A stretch of 63,076 nucleotides of DNA, filler included, from Dugesia japonica (GCA_001938525.1; 6 parts of 6 records of this genome joined end to end with filler, not necessarily neighbours in it); one strand, 5' to 3'. Shown: positions 38,737-51,336, numbered from the whole stretch's first letter. Notes: generated from the sequence alone by a model not told the origin. Made by a program: numbers and translations.

Positions 38737-39935
38737 TAAGGGCTGTGATGCAGTCCAATGTTTAATTGTGCTCCACTCCATGCTCCATGGACAATTTATT
38801 AAAAATTTCACATTATAAAAGTTGAAAGAAAAAGAATTTTTTTACTGTAAATTAACTAAATAAACTTTATTTCAAGCTGTTACATTTATGAACTAATTAA
38901 ATACAAACGATATCGANNNNNNNNNNNNNNNNNNNGAACTAAAACTGCTGAGAGTAAGTCTTCTTTCATCGATTACCTTAAGTCATTCAATATTAATTTT
39001 AGACTTGAAAATAGTTTCTCGACACTTGCTTGAGTAGCGGGTATACTGTCGACTAGCATATTGAATTCGTTCGGATAATTTTAAATTGCCTCGAAGACTG
39101 ATTTTACTTTTAGCCTACCTATGCTCACCATTATTTAAAAAATCTTCATTAAAAAATCGTTCAAACTCTTCTTCGTTGGTATTGTATATTTCTAGCTCTT
39201 TCTCAAAATCATCATCTTCTGAAGAATTTATGCTATGACAGTGGCATCATTATTTCCTTGTCTATCTGTTATTTATTGTAGTTCTTTACTCGGTTGCATT
39301 TTATTAAAACTTCGAAGAATATTTTGTTTCTCAAGCCTTTGGGGGATATCTAAGAGTTCTTCTTTAGCTTTCAATTTNNNNNNNNNNNNNNNNNNNGCTC
39401 GACATAAACTCCAGCAAGGAAATGCGTGTTTTCAAAAAGATTTTCTTCGCGTTTTCGCATGGATGATAAAATTTTGAATACGATTAGACTCGTATTTTCT
39501 TTCATAAATCAAAATTATTTTATTTTCCATCTTGCATGTTGCGAATTTCTCGTATTGATTTCATATTTAATTTCAAAGATGTTTCTTCAGTAAATCGAAT
39601 ATCTATCATGGAGGACAATTTTGTATTTTTATTTGTTGGCTAAACTTACTTGCTACTCCTAAAACAATACATTTACATATTAATAATGATGTTTTTTCTG
39701 TAAAAATTAACTAGATCAAAAACAAACAGTTTTATGATAAATCAGCATAAAAACTATTAAATTATAACAAAATTTTTAATTTTTTTATTACTTTAAAGTT
39801 TAAATTTAAACTAAAGGTTTATTAGATACGTTTTAACATATTTCTATAAAGCAAATATTGTTGGAAAAATTGTCAAAATATGGCGTGAACGTCTAAGTAA
39901 TTACATAAATTGGAAAAATACTCTTTCAGGCCCTA
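38737..39935 (-). mobile_element. Internally deleted hAT element in intron 2
   Basis: Dimerisation-domain motif IPATQASVEKLFSSLKLILNDLR*SMKEDLLSAVL (minus, ~38940-39050). TA(A)GGGC...GCCCTA candidate ends. Confidence 0.75.
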
Positions 39936-40125
39936 TTCTCTAGTGAGCTCTTATTTTCGAAAAAATTTGGTAGTAAAATATATTTCCTAATTTTATATTC
40001 TATTTCAAACTGTTACAATGTTTTATTTTACATATTCTGTATTAATTTATTTAAATAGTATTGCATATAAAATGAACAGAAAAGTAATTGTGATAAAGTT
40101 TATCATTAGTTAAATCTATTTTTAG

Positions 40126-40228
40126 TTGTACAATATCAGATAAATGTTACTTTAATTTTGTGATATCTCCAATTGGAGAGGAATATGTTGCTACTCATCA
40201 AGCTATATATTTAGGTCTTTATATAAAG
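40126..40228 (+). CDS. C16orf89: UPF0764/C16orf89-like protein, exon 3
   Basis: tttag| acceptor, phase 2 to 0. CTISDKC...YVATHQAIYL matches the family C..S..C...Y.L(T/S)HQLL(Y/F) motif. AAG|gt donor. Confidence 0.8.
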
Positions 40229-40278
40229 GTTCGGCATTCAGTTCTATTATAAACACAAATTAATACTTTATTTTTCAG

Positions 40279-40432
40279 AATAAATGCTTTTTGAATAAAA
40301 GTAATCTGAATATAGATTCTTTGCATCAAAAACTTGAGAAAACTTGTTTGAAATTAAAACAGTTCAATGATGAATTTTCACAACGCAAAATGAAAATCAC
40401 AGATATTACTATGGATCTATTTTTAGAAATAA
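40279..40432 (+). CDS. C16orf89: UPF0764/C16orf89-like protein, exon 4 (downstream exons not found)
   Basis: ttttcag| acceptor after a 50-nt intron. Reads NKC...EKTC...TMDLFLEI (cf. RD(I/L)F(M/L)E). Strong A|gtaagc donor. Confidence 0.8.
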
Positions 40433-41319
40433 GTAAGCTTCGTAACTTTATAATTTTTTGAATAATAAGTATTATAAAAAATAATTTTGTAAATATTGGA
40501 AAATAAGAATTTTCAATCAAAAATAGAAAGATGTAACTGAAAAATTAGTTTAACTAAAGAAATTTTTGCTCCGAAATTTTATCGGACCAATAAAAATTAT
40601 TTATATTATTCCAGTATTGAAGAAGTTGAAATGAAATCATTTCTCATACAAATTTATGAACCGCATAAAACCAAATTTATATATTTTCAAGCATATTGAA
40701 AGAATTGATTAGATTTTAATAAATGAAAATAACGTCATTTTTAAAAATATTTTATTGGTAATACATATTTCGGAAAAATCTGTGTCCATAATCAGTTACA
40801 GTCGTTCATAAAGAGATAAAACTAATTACGTAATCAATCCAATAAAATAAGACTNNNNNNNNNNNNNNNNNNNNNNNNNNNNNNNNNNNNNNNNNNNNNN
40901 NNNNNNNNNNNNNNNNNNNNNNNNNGCCCCGATTGCAATTCTTTCAAAATAATTATTAAACCACTGTTCTTAACCGTTTTTTCATCAATGCTTATCTTGC
41001 CTTTTCTATTTTTGTTCCAAGAGGCATGATCTCAAACCGAACGTTTTTACTTTGTTGAATATCTGCACTAATATGTGTACCTGGAGAACCAAGAAACCTA
41101 TATAATCGAATAAATGCGATTACATATGAAGAGGTAAATACAAGATCGACAGACATTTGACATAAAATTGTTTTCATATAAAATTTAATTGATATAATAC
41201 TTATTTGACAAAAAATTTTNNNNNNNNNNNNNNNNNNNNNNNNNNNNNNNNNNNNNNNNNNNNTTAATTAATTAANNNNNNNNNNNNNNNNNNNNNNNNN
41301 NNNNNNNNNNNNNNNNNNN

Positions 41320-42550
41320 TGAATTAATTCCTTTGTCTTTATAAATCCTGGATGGCCCATGTTGTTTTGATAATATTCTATTATTTTCTTTTTACTATGA
41401 GACGTGAAATCATTTTTTAAAACTCGAATAATTGGCTTCTCATCATTTTTTTTCTCGATCAGTTTCACATTTCTTCGTTTTTTTAGTTCATTATGTCTGA
41501 GTTCACATTGTTCACATTCCAGTCGGCTCATATAGTCTGCATTTATGTGTAATCTGACATGTCAGTGTTCAATATCAAAATCATATTCCTCTAATTCTGT
41601 GATCCAAGTAAAATACTGTGATGTATATTTGGATTTTACCAACTTTTGAGCCACAATAATGCTTNNNNNNNNNNNNNNNNNNNNNNNNNNNNNNNNNNNN
41701 NNNNNNNNNNNNNNNNNNNNNNNNNNNNNNNNNNNNNNNNNNNNNNNNNNNNNNNNNNNNNNNNNNNNNNNNNNNNNNNNNNNNNNNNNNNNNNNNNNNN
41801 NNNNNNNNNNNNNNNNNNNNNNNNNNNNNNNNNNNNNNNNNNNNNNNNNNNNNNNNNNNNACTTGCATCTGTATCTAATATGAACATACCTTTTTTCAGA
41901 GGATAAGATTAAACTGGGGCTGTTGTTAGACGTAACAGTATCTCTTTATATGCTTCTTTTCTTTCAGCATTCCAAATTATTTGTTTTTTTATGTATTTCT
42001 GATTTATGCTTAGTTTGTCTTGTTTCAGTATAGTTTCTAAAGGTTAAACTACATACGCAAAATCTTTTATAAATTTTCTATAATAGTTACAGAAAGCTAT
42101 AAAGCAATGTAGATTTGAGTAACATCCTGGTTCTGAAAAATTTCGAACTTTTTCTATCTTTATTGGATCTGTTTTTATACCTTCGGCCGTAATTCTATAT
42201 TCCAAATGAAACTTCCTTTAGCAATAAATTACATTTGTCAGATTTTAATTTAACTACTGATTCTTCTATTCTAACTAACACTACTTCCAATCGACTGAGA
42301 TGTTGTTCATACGAGTTTCCAAATATTAAAACATCGTCCAGATAAATAAGACATTGTTCCCAATTTTCCTTTAGCAATATCAGATGCGTAAGTCGTTAAA
42401 ATGTTGCTGTTGTTTTACATGGGTGATGTTTTTAGCTTAAAAATACAATTCACACTGCTTGATGAATTTCTGAATATCATCTCCTCTGCAGAACACATTC
42501 GGCAATAAACTCTCTGTAATAGAATCGGTATTTACCGCTGTCACTATCTT
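41320..42550 (-). mobile_element. Gypsy fragment: gag N-terminus fused directly to RT, RNase H
   Basis: IVTAVNTDSITESLLPNVFCRGDDIQKFIKQCELYF (42545-42435) runs straight into CLIYLDDVLIF, then FILDTDAS, NADYMSR and GHPGFIKT. Confidence 0.85.
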
Positions 42551-43701
42551 AGGTAAATTTTCAATTGGTAATTCATTTTGAAAATCACTACTAATATTTT
42601 GAGACATCATTTATTTTTCTACTACAACACATGTTTCATAATATAAATAATATTGAAATACAAGCATTTCAATACTAATATTTATATAACTCAATTTCTA
42701 TTGGATGAAATTATTAATTAATAATTATTTCCTCATAATATATATTTATGCTTTAATTAATATAAATTACTTTGTATGNNNNNNNNNNNNNNNNNNNNNN
42801 NNNNNNNNNNNNNNNNNNNNNNNNNNNNNNNNNNNNNNNNNNNNNNNNNNNNNNNNNNNNNNNNNNNNNNNNNNNNNNNNNNNNNNNNNNNNNNNNNNNN
42901 NNNNNNNNNNNNNNNNNNNNNNNNNNNNNNNNNNNNNNNNNNNNNNNNTCATGTTAATGTATACCGGGGGAATAATGATATTAATTATGTTATTGTTAGT
43001 AACCTCTAAATATCTCATGTGTAAAATATTTTATATTATAATCAATTATTTCATCTAAATATAATTTTTTTAAGTTTTCATTATTTACTTTTAACCACCT
43101 TCTCATCTACAAAAATAATTTCACATTATTTATGATGATTTGTGGTATTTTGACTTCATTCTATATTTATATTTATTATCAAGCTATGTTTCTCTTTTGA
43201 AAAAACTCTTAATATCATGAATTGATTTTTACTTTTAAATAATTTTTTTTCAATTTTATTTACAGTATTATATACATTTAAGTTTTACAATTTGATGTTA
43301 TTATTTTTTTTGAGCTTCGGATTTCAAATTCATATTTTTGCTTTCTTTTCTCAACTATTACACTATATTGATAACGTAATAATGCAATAATAATTAAATC
43401 GGATCGCAGAGAAAATTGTAGTTTCTTTTCAGGAAAATAGCTAAACTAAAATTGGGGAATTGTAGAAATTGAGAAATAATAAGTAAAATAAATAAAAGAA
43501 AACAAAGTAAAATTATAAATATAAATTTAATTAAACTCGAAAAGTTCAAAATGAAACATCAAATTGAAACAAAACGTGAGTATTCATAGATGAATATCAT
43601 AATTCCTAATTTAAGAGCCAGGGTAACAGTCAAAAACGTATTATATTTGATGGCTTTCAAATCAAAAATCAGTAAATTTGTCAACATTAAAATAATTTAG
43701 T

Positions 43702-43824
43702 CTTGAAAAACTTTGTTTAAATATTCTGAATTAGCATATGAATTTTTGTAAAATAAATTTTGAAGTTATTGAAATTATTTTATGGATATATAAACTGAAC
43801 CCAAAAACTTACCGACAGCTAACA
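43702..43824 (+). repeat. 5' LTR (partial)
   Basis: Matches 47481-47604 with about 8 differences in 124 nt by manual alignment; ends CTAACA. Confidence 0.9.
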
Positions 43825-43836
43825 TGGCGACTACTA
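43825..43836 (+). promoter_or_regulatory. Primer-binding site (TGGCGACT..., tRNA-Arg-like) overlapping the gag start codon
   Basis: TGG directly follows the LTR-terminal CA. The identity of the priming tRNA is tentative. Confidence 0.65.
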
Positions 43837-44828
43837 CCACGGATTTATTAATTAGCAGATAATTACCTGAGAGATTCCACGGAGGGGATAACCTAGAATA
43901 ATTCATTACAGATTGTTAACGATTTTTCAGTGTCACCAAAACAAATCTGAAAATGCAGAAAATTTTGGTAACTGCCTTGTTGGATAAAGAATTATTGGAA
44001 GAATACGAAACAGCAGAAGGAAAATCGTTTGAAGAAAAACTCAGTATTGCCTTCCAGAAACCAAGTTCTTTAATCGAAGATATGAAAGAAGCTTTAAGTT
44101 ATGAACAAGGCAATGATTCGGTAGAGATATTCATCGATAAAATCAAAAAATTGACAAAAACGTTAATTATTCATGAATAAGAAATAGAAAAATGCTTATT
44201 AATCCATTGTATTGGAGATAAAGATGTAAAAAAGAAATAGAAATGCGAGAATTAAGAACATCAGAACAAATCAGATCAACAATAAAGAAAGTTGAAAAGG
44301 TAAATAAAGCAATTGGTCAAATTAATGTTCTTAGAAGCTCAAAAACAAAGAATGTCCGAAGTGATAGAGACGTGGTTCAGAAGTGACAGTTGAAAGATAC
44401 AAATATGAAAATTAATAAATATGATGAAAATAGACTAATTCCAGTTTGTTGGACATGCCAAAACCATGGCATATAAACAGAGACTGCTAAATGAAAAGTA
44501 TTCAATGCTATGCATCTGGAGCATTGGGATACATGCGCAGAGAATGCCCAACAATTCAGTGTGGAAGATGTCTTCTGCGGGGACATAAAACAACAGAGTG
44601 TTACACAAATTTAGAAAGAAGAAGGAAAGCGAGAATAGTTGATAATATAAATTATAAAAGACATGATAATTTCAGAAATCAGAGTAATGAGACTAGAGAT
44701 TTCATGAACAGAAATCAACAGAGGAACAGACAAAATCAAAAAATGATTGCAGCTATCGGTTCAAATGCGGAGACACCAGTAGAAGAACAAACCAATGAAC
44801 TAACTGGGGAATATGAAGCTATAGAGTA

Positions 44829-44859
44829 CCCAAAATGTTACGCTTCTTCTAGAGAGGCG
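44829..44859 (+). promoter_or_regulatory. Candidate -1 ribosomal frameshift signal (gag-pol)
   Basis: C_CCA_AAA heptamer in X_XXY_YYZ phase, 5-nt spacer, hairpin CGCTTC-TTCTAGA-GAGGCG. The -1 frame is open from 44853 to 45338, running into the protease. Confidence 0.6.
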
Positions 44860-47459
44860 ATGGTCGAAGCAATTTATTAGTTAATTTTGATGTTGATAAT
44901 GATATTGGCTATAATAATTTAAATAAAATAGAGTATTTTAATTTAAATAAAAGTAATATTAAAAGTTCAGCTAGTAATAAATTATATAATATATATAGTA
45001 ATAATTTTTTAAATTCTAAATATGATAATTATATTATAAATAATAATGATGACAACAATAATGGACAAAATAAAACGTTAGATGATAATGAGTATATTAA
45101 TTGGAGAGTTACAGAGAAGATTAATAAATTTATTAAAAAAGACTTTGATGTAAATGAAAATGAAATAATAGAAGGTACAGATGATTATATCGATCAGAAA
45201 TTTTTAACTATAGATGAAAGGAAACGACCAAGAATAACCTATATTAAAATGCAAGGCAGACCAAGTATAACGATAAGTATCCAAGGTCGTGAGATGAAGT
45301 TGCAGGTGCGCGAGTTAATTATCAAAAACAATACTAGATAAATTAGAATATGTAGAAATAATTAAAACCAATGAATTATTAAGATGTGCGAATGATAGTT
45401 AATTAAAAGCAATGGGTAAAATTCATATTAATGTCAAATTAGGAAATAAAGAGAAGAAAATAACATTAATAGTGGTAAAAAATATTATTCTGGATATTAT
45501 TGGAGGTATTGAGTTTCAAAATCAATCCGGCATAAAATTGAAACGGATAGAGAAAACAAAAGAAAGGACAGGATATTTTATATGTGATATAGAAGCAAAG
45601 TATGGCAGGAAAATCACGGATGATGAAAGATTACGATGAGCAAAAGAAATTTTGAAATTGACCAAAAATAATAGATTAATGGAAATCGCGCAAAGAAATA
45701 ANNNNNNNNNNNNNNNNNACAAGTGGGATATTGGGTGCACTGCTTTAATTCAACACAGAATTAAAACAAATGGAGGGCCGATAAATATAAAACCGAGGAA
45801 GGTAAATTTAGAAGGTAAAATAAATGAGACTTTAAAAAATTTACAGGACAATGATATAATCAGGAGATGCAACTCACCTTGGAATACAACTTTGGTATGT
45901 GTATGGAAAAAAGAAAGAAAGATATCAGACTGTGTCTAGATTTTAGACAATTGAATCAAATTACGGAAAGACAAGCTGCTCTATGCTAAATGTCGAAGAG
46001 ATTTTAGATACATTATATGGTTCTAAATATTTTAGCTCTATCTATCTATACAATGCTTATTATCAAGTAAGTCTTGATAAAGAATCGCTAGAAAAAATGG
46101 CGTTTTCCACAAAAGAGGGTCAATTTTGTTTTAATAGAATGNNNNNNNNNNNNNNNNNNNNNNNNNNNNNNNNNNNNNNNNNNNNNNNNNNNNNNNNNNN
46201 NNNNNNNNNNNNNNNNNNNNNNNNNNNNNNNNNNNNNNNNNNNNNNNNNNNNNNNGATTCTATGAAAACACACTATATTATATTGGAAAAGGTTTTAAAT
46301 ACAATTAAAGACGCAGGATTAAGAATTAATTCAGAAAAATGTCAACTGTTAAAATAATAAGTTAAGTTTTTAGGTTATATTATAAACGACGAAGGTATTC
46401 AAACAGATCCGAGTAAAATAGAAATTATCCAGTCATTTCAAAGATCAAAATGTGTTAAAAACTTGAGGAGTTTCTTAGGCATATTCAAATATTATCGGAA
46501 GTTTATTAGAGATTATGCAAAGAAATCAAAACCATTAGAAGCTATGTGTGGGAAAAATAATTCAAAATCAATATGATTTGATTTATTTGAAAAAGCATTC
46601 GAAGAAATGAAATTAGCATTAATAAGCTCTCCAATATTTATATTCCCAGATTTTCGAAAAGAATTTATACTCGACACCGATGCAAGTTTTAATACGATTG
46701 GAGTTTTATTATCTCAAAAGGATGAATATGGACATGAACATGTAATATCATATAGATCTCATTCCATGAATGATCATAAACGGGGTTACTGTATTACAAG
46801 AAAAGAATTGTTGGCGATCTACTATAAATAAACAAGATGAAAAGACAATAGTCCAAGTTTTACTGAATAATTGGATACTAAAATTTGGGACACCGGAGGA
46901 ATTTAACGTAGATTGTGGGAAAGGCTTTGAAGTAAAGGGTTTAAAAGAAGTGAAAAGTGCTGCAGGAATTGAGCTAATATTCTCTAGTCCATACCATCAC
47001 AATGGCGTGGTAGAAAGACAGTTTCGAACCATTAGAGAAAACATAAATGCATCATTAAAAAATCGACTCAACACGAATTGGGCAGATATGTTACCAGAAA
47101 TTGAGTACACTTTGAATTCGACAACTCAGAAAACCAACGGAGTAAGTTCAGCAGAAATTGTATTTGGAAGGAAAATAAATAGATCAAAATGGTTTAGTAA
47201 CAGCAAAGTAGATAGATAAGCAAAGATGATTAAAATTGTAACACAAAAGAAGGAAGGTAACATAAGAACAGCACCGAATTTGGATGTTGGATACGATGTT
47301 CTAATTAAACAAGAAATATGTAATAAAGATCAAGATAGATATGCATGACCATATATGGTCATCAAGAAAATTCATGAAAGAAGCTATTTACTAAGAGATG
47401 TTACAGGAAAAATAGTGATTATAAATATAGAGAAGATTAAAGATTTTAAAAAAGGAGGA

Positions 47460-47604
47460 TGTTAGGAGTTTAAAAATAAACTTGAAGAACTTTGTTTAAA
47501 TATTCTGAATTAGCATATTAATTATTTGTTAAATAAAATTTGAAGTTATTGAAATTATTTTATGGATATGGAAACTGAACCCAATAACTTACCGACAGCT
47601 AACA
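47460..47604 (+). repeat. 3' LTR
   Basis: TGTTAG...CTAACA inverted termini, immediately after the PPT. Confidence 0.92.
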
Positions 47605-48206
47605 ATAACTAAACAAGTAGTAAATAAAGCCAACTAAGATGTCACATAAACAATATCTTGCTATCAATATTTGTCGGAGTTATTTTTTTAAAATTCGCCT
47701 AAATAAAATCCCAGCAATATTATTAGCTCACCATAGCACCTAGGACTCATGTCACGGGTAATAATTCCAGAATCATATCCCTTGTTTTTATTTAAAATGA
47801 TCAAAAAATATTCTTTTAGAAACAAAAACCTACATTTTAAAAGCTAAATCAAAATATTATTAAAATGTGTTAAAAAGCAAGAAATTTAGGGAAAATTTTA
47901 AAAAATTTTGTTGAAATTTTTTTATTTTCAAATAAATATTTTTTGGGACGTTAAGCAAATCTAGGTGTTTCTAGGTACATTAATGAGCAAGTGAACAAAT
48001 AAAAATATCTTCATCAATAAAATTAAAATTTGGCCATGTTTTAAAAAAACTTTTCAAAATGTAGGTATACTAATGAAGAAAATAGGAACATCTGTGTATT
48101 TTGGATTAATTTAGTTTTTAATTCTAATTTATTTTATTGTATGTAGTAATATTGTGAACGTTGATGAATCAAATATTTTTGTTAAATTTTTAATAACGTG
48201 TCATAT

Positions 48207-48650
48207 CAGAGGTGTACCTAGAGTGTTTGGCGCCCGGGGACAAGTTTCATATTTTGCGCCCCCCAACTGAAAAATTAAGAGTCCTCCAATGTAACGGCTA
48301 CTAAAGTAAAGACTAAAGAAGAAACTTATGCAGACAAAACATGTGGTTAGTTAAACAAGAAGTAATACAAACGAAATCTTATATCCAAATAAGATGTATG
48401 TTTCTGGTCATAGGTTACGAAATATGCAGTCTATAGACTAGGTTTAGCAATATTAAATTCACACAATAAGATTGATAGTGCATAACAAAAGGTTGACTGC
48501 AAGAGAGTGATGAACCTTCAATCTTGATAGATATCATAATAAAAACGATACAAAAAATACACAATACAAATTTTTCAAACTCCATTTTGGCGCCCCTCTA
48601 GTCTGGCGACCGGGGACACTTGTCCCCCCTGCCCCCTAGCTACGCCTCTG
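48207..48650. mobile_element. hAT-type MITE
   Basis: TIRs CAGAGGTGTACCTAG / CTAGCTACGCCTCTG; 8-bp TSD TGTCATAT / TGTTATAT; GC-rich GGCGCCC subterminal motifs. Confidence 0.9.
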
Positions 48651-49427
48651 TGTTATATTCAAATATCCATTTTTATTAATAATTTTTATTAATAATAATA
48701 TTTAATATTAATAATATAATATTAAATCAATTGTATTTTAATATTGATGGAGTACTGCTTAATTTTCAGGAATTTTCAGAACATAGTTGGAATGGATTTT
48801 CGAGGAATTAATATTGTTATAAATATAATTTGGAAATGCAATAGACTTTTCATTAATGCAAATTATGTTAAGGTCAGAGATTAATGAAATAAATGTATGT
48901 ATACCTTACAATTTTAGTATTATATTATAAACCCAGTGGTTTTTGTTTGTTTGTTTGTGCGTGATGCTCAATATTATTTAGAAAATTACAAACAACTTTA
49001 AAAATTGTGATTCTTTGTTATAGATTTTGAATTTTGAATTATTAATATATCAAAACCCAGTGATGTTTGTTTGTTCCTTTGTGTGTGGTGCTCAAAATTT
49101 TAAATTGTAAACTAAAGCTAAAAGACGAAGGCAGGAGAGTGAACATGATCAGGAAATTTCCGGAAGTAATTTATGTGCCAAATAAGTAGGGGGTTGGTGG
49201 GAAAATCAATCCAGAGAAGTGGTCAGTCGGACAACAGGAAGAAAGAAAGCAGGCAGTAGGCACTGATATAGAGCAAAATAATATATCTGAAGGAAGACCT
49301 GAGCAATTTTTTTAAAATTAAAATCATTAAAATTAAAAGTATAAAAAAAGTAAAAAAAATTAACCAATAAAATTTCGATAAAATTTAAAGAATTGAGTAT
49401 TGTATTGAATATCTCAAGAAGCCAACA

Positions 49428-49463
49428 TGTTCCTGAAGAAGACTANNGTCGAAAATTTGAACG
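49428..49463 (+). ncRNA. Minimal type-I hammerhead ribozyme in a Penelope-like pLTR (49420-49575)
   Basis: TGTTC-CTGAAGA-A-GAC-TANN-GTC-GAAA-ATTT-GAACG. Core intact, stem I GTTC/GAAC, stem II GAC/GTC, palindromic stem III AATT. Confidence 0.72.
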
Positions 49464-49738
49464 TTTTTACAAATAAACTTTATTTTGATCGAAGCTTTTT
49501 CTTATATTAATGAAATCTCAAATGCGATCAATGGTTAATTGTCCAACAATTATTCTCACAATAATTGTAATTATAAAATAAATATTATTAATTTAATCAA
49601 AATGGTTAATTTAAAGTGTCCAATTGAAAGCCAGTAAATAAAGTTAAAATATAATCATTACACGAAATTATTTTTTATTGACATTAGTGCAGTATTTCCT
49701 TTAGATTGTTTGATTGTTATTTTAAAATAATAAATTTT

Positions 49739-50679
49739 CTAAAGAAATCGTTTGTAGATGAGATGTCGAATAACCAATAATAATAGCAAACTGATCAAAC
49801 ACTTCTTAAAAATTAAATTTTGATATCCGCTATTGCAGTAGGATGAATAACAGCAACTTAAACTACCATCAGAACTTCCTGGTGTGCATGAAGAAGCACA
49901 ATATCTATGAGTATAACTTGGATAATCAATTGTGGCGCATGCTGTGCAGCCACCTGTAAAGGTTGATTCAGTTACTTGAAATGGTTTTGAACACATTAAA
50001 CAAGAATGACAGCCTATACCTAAACAAAATAAATAATTATTTTATAACTTAAATGTTAAAACGAATTTCATTTTATATTTTATTGAATATTTACCTGGAA
50101 TATCATAATTACAATAATTGCTGTTACAACAATATCTATATCCACCTAGATAATTGCCTGGTGAACAAGATTCTAGACATTCTTTCCGTGTAAACGAAGA
50201 ATACACAGAAGTAGCACATGCACCGCAACCATACGTTACTGAGTCTGCCGATGATGCTACACAGGTTGAACATTCATAGCACGTTGTTAGAGAAGAACTT
50301 ACTAAATTGAATCAAAACAAAATCATTTTTGAAAAGTTTTCAAATAAATATTAAAATGATATTAAATAATTCTTTACGTGGAGTATTGTAGTTGCAATAA
50401 CTAGTTGTACAACAAGACAAATATCCTCCTTGATAACTGCCTGGTATACATTTTGATGCACATACTTTCTGTGTATAACTTTGATACACAATAGTAGCGC
50501 ATAAATCACAGCCAGATAACAAAACGCCGGGAGATGATGATGTACACGATGTGCAATTATAGCAATTTATACATTGTACATTATTATATGATAAAACTAA
50601 TGAATATTTAATGAAATTTCATAATAACAAAATTACTTATCACAAATATTAACAGCAGAAATAATAATTTGGATCTCAT
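49739..50679 (-). CDS. Three-domain Ly6/uPAR (three-finger, CD59-like) secreted, probably GPI-anchored protein, 249 aa, 4 exons
   Basis: Exons 50679-50637, 50596-50378, 50301-50095 and 50019-49739; GT-AG introns of 40, 76 and 75 nt, all phase 1; no internal stop. Signal peptide MRSKLLFLLLIFVIILS. Each domain follows CxxCxxC..CxxC..CxxxC..CCxxxxCN. Hydrophobic C-terminal tail LISLLLLLVI. Confidence 0.9.
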
Positions 50680-51336
50680 AGCAATTATACTGATAAAATT
50701 TTATTTTGCGTTACATTTATGAAAGAAACTACACTGTCAAATAAATAATTAGTTCTATTGTTATATTGCTAACTTGGATTTATATGAAAATGATTTTTTA
50801 GTTACTATATTTTTGTAATTAACTATGAATATGCACCATTTCTAATAGATAATTAGATCAATGAAATAATAACGATAATAATAATAATANNNNNNNNNNN
50901 NNNNNNNNNNNNNNNNNNNNNNNNNNNNNNNNNTTAATTAATTAANNNNNNNNNNNNNNNNNNNNNNNNNNNNNNNNNNNNNNNNNNNNTTTTTACCATA
51001 TTAATGGAATCTTTAAATAACATTGACCATATAATTATGGAACCTTTAATCATAAACCATATTACTATGAAACCTTTAAATGACATTTGCCTAAATTTCA
51101 ATTGATATTAAATTTATACTAAATGAACTTAAAAAATTACATATAAAATAATTAACATAGAAAAAAATAAATTAACCCACCATTTTTAATTTTAAATACA
51201 ATTATGATATTATGAAATTGAAAAATCAATATATTTATTGATTTTTTAATTTCATTACCATAAATGTATTTGAAATTAAAAATATAAAATACTAATTTAA
51301 TTTACCATAATTACAATTATGGTAATATGCAATTAA

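Larger units (their letters stand above)
43702..47604 (+). mobile_element. Near-complete decayed Ty3/Gypsy LTR retrotransposon with internal deletion
   Basis: Paired LTR segments, PBS, gag with three CCHC-like knuckles, protease remnant, RT (CNSPWN, NAYYQV), RNase H (FILDTDAS), integrase (VERQFRTI) and PPT AAAAAAGGAGGA at ~47448-47459. RNase H is joined directly to the integrase core at ~46828. Confidence 0.93.

Noticed and set aside
43824-43955. Three in-frame TAA codons in gag as a sign of a variant genetic code or readthrough
   Set aside because: They align with different residues (L, K, E) in the sister gag, each one substitution away, and the element also has frameshifts. This is ordinary decay.
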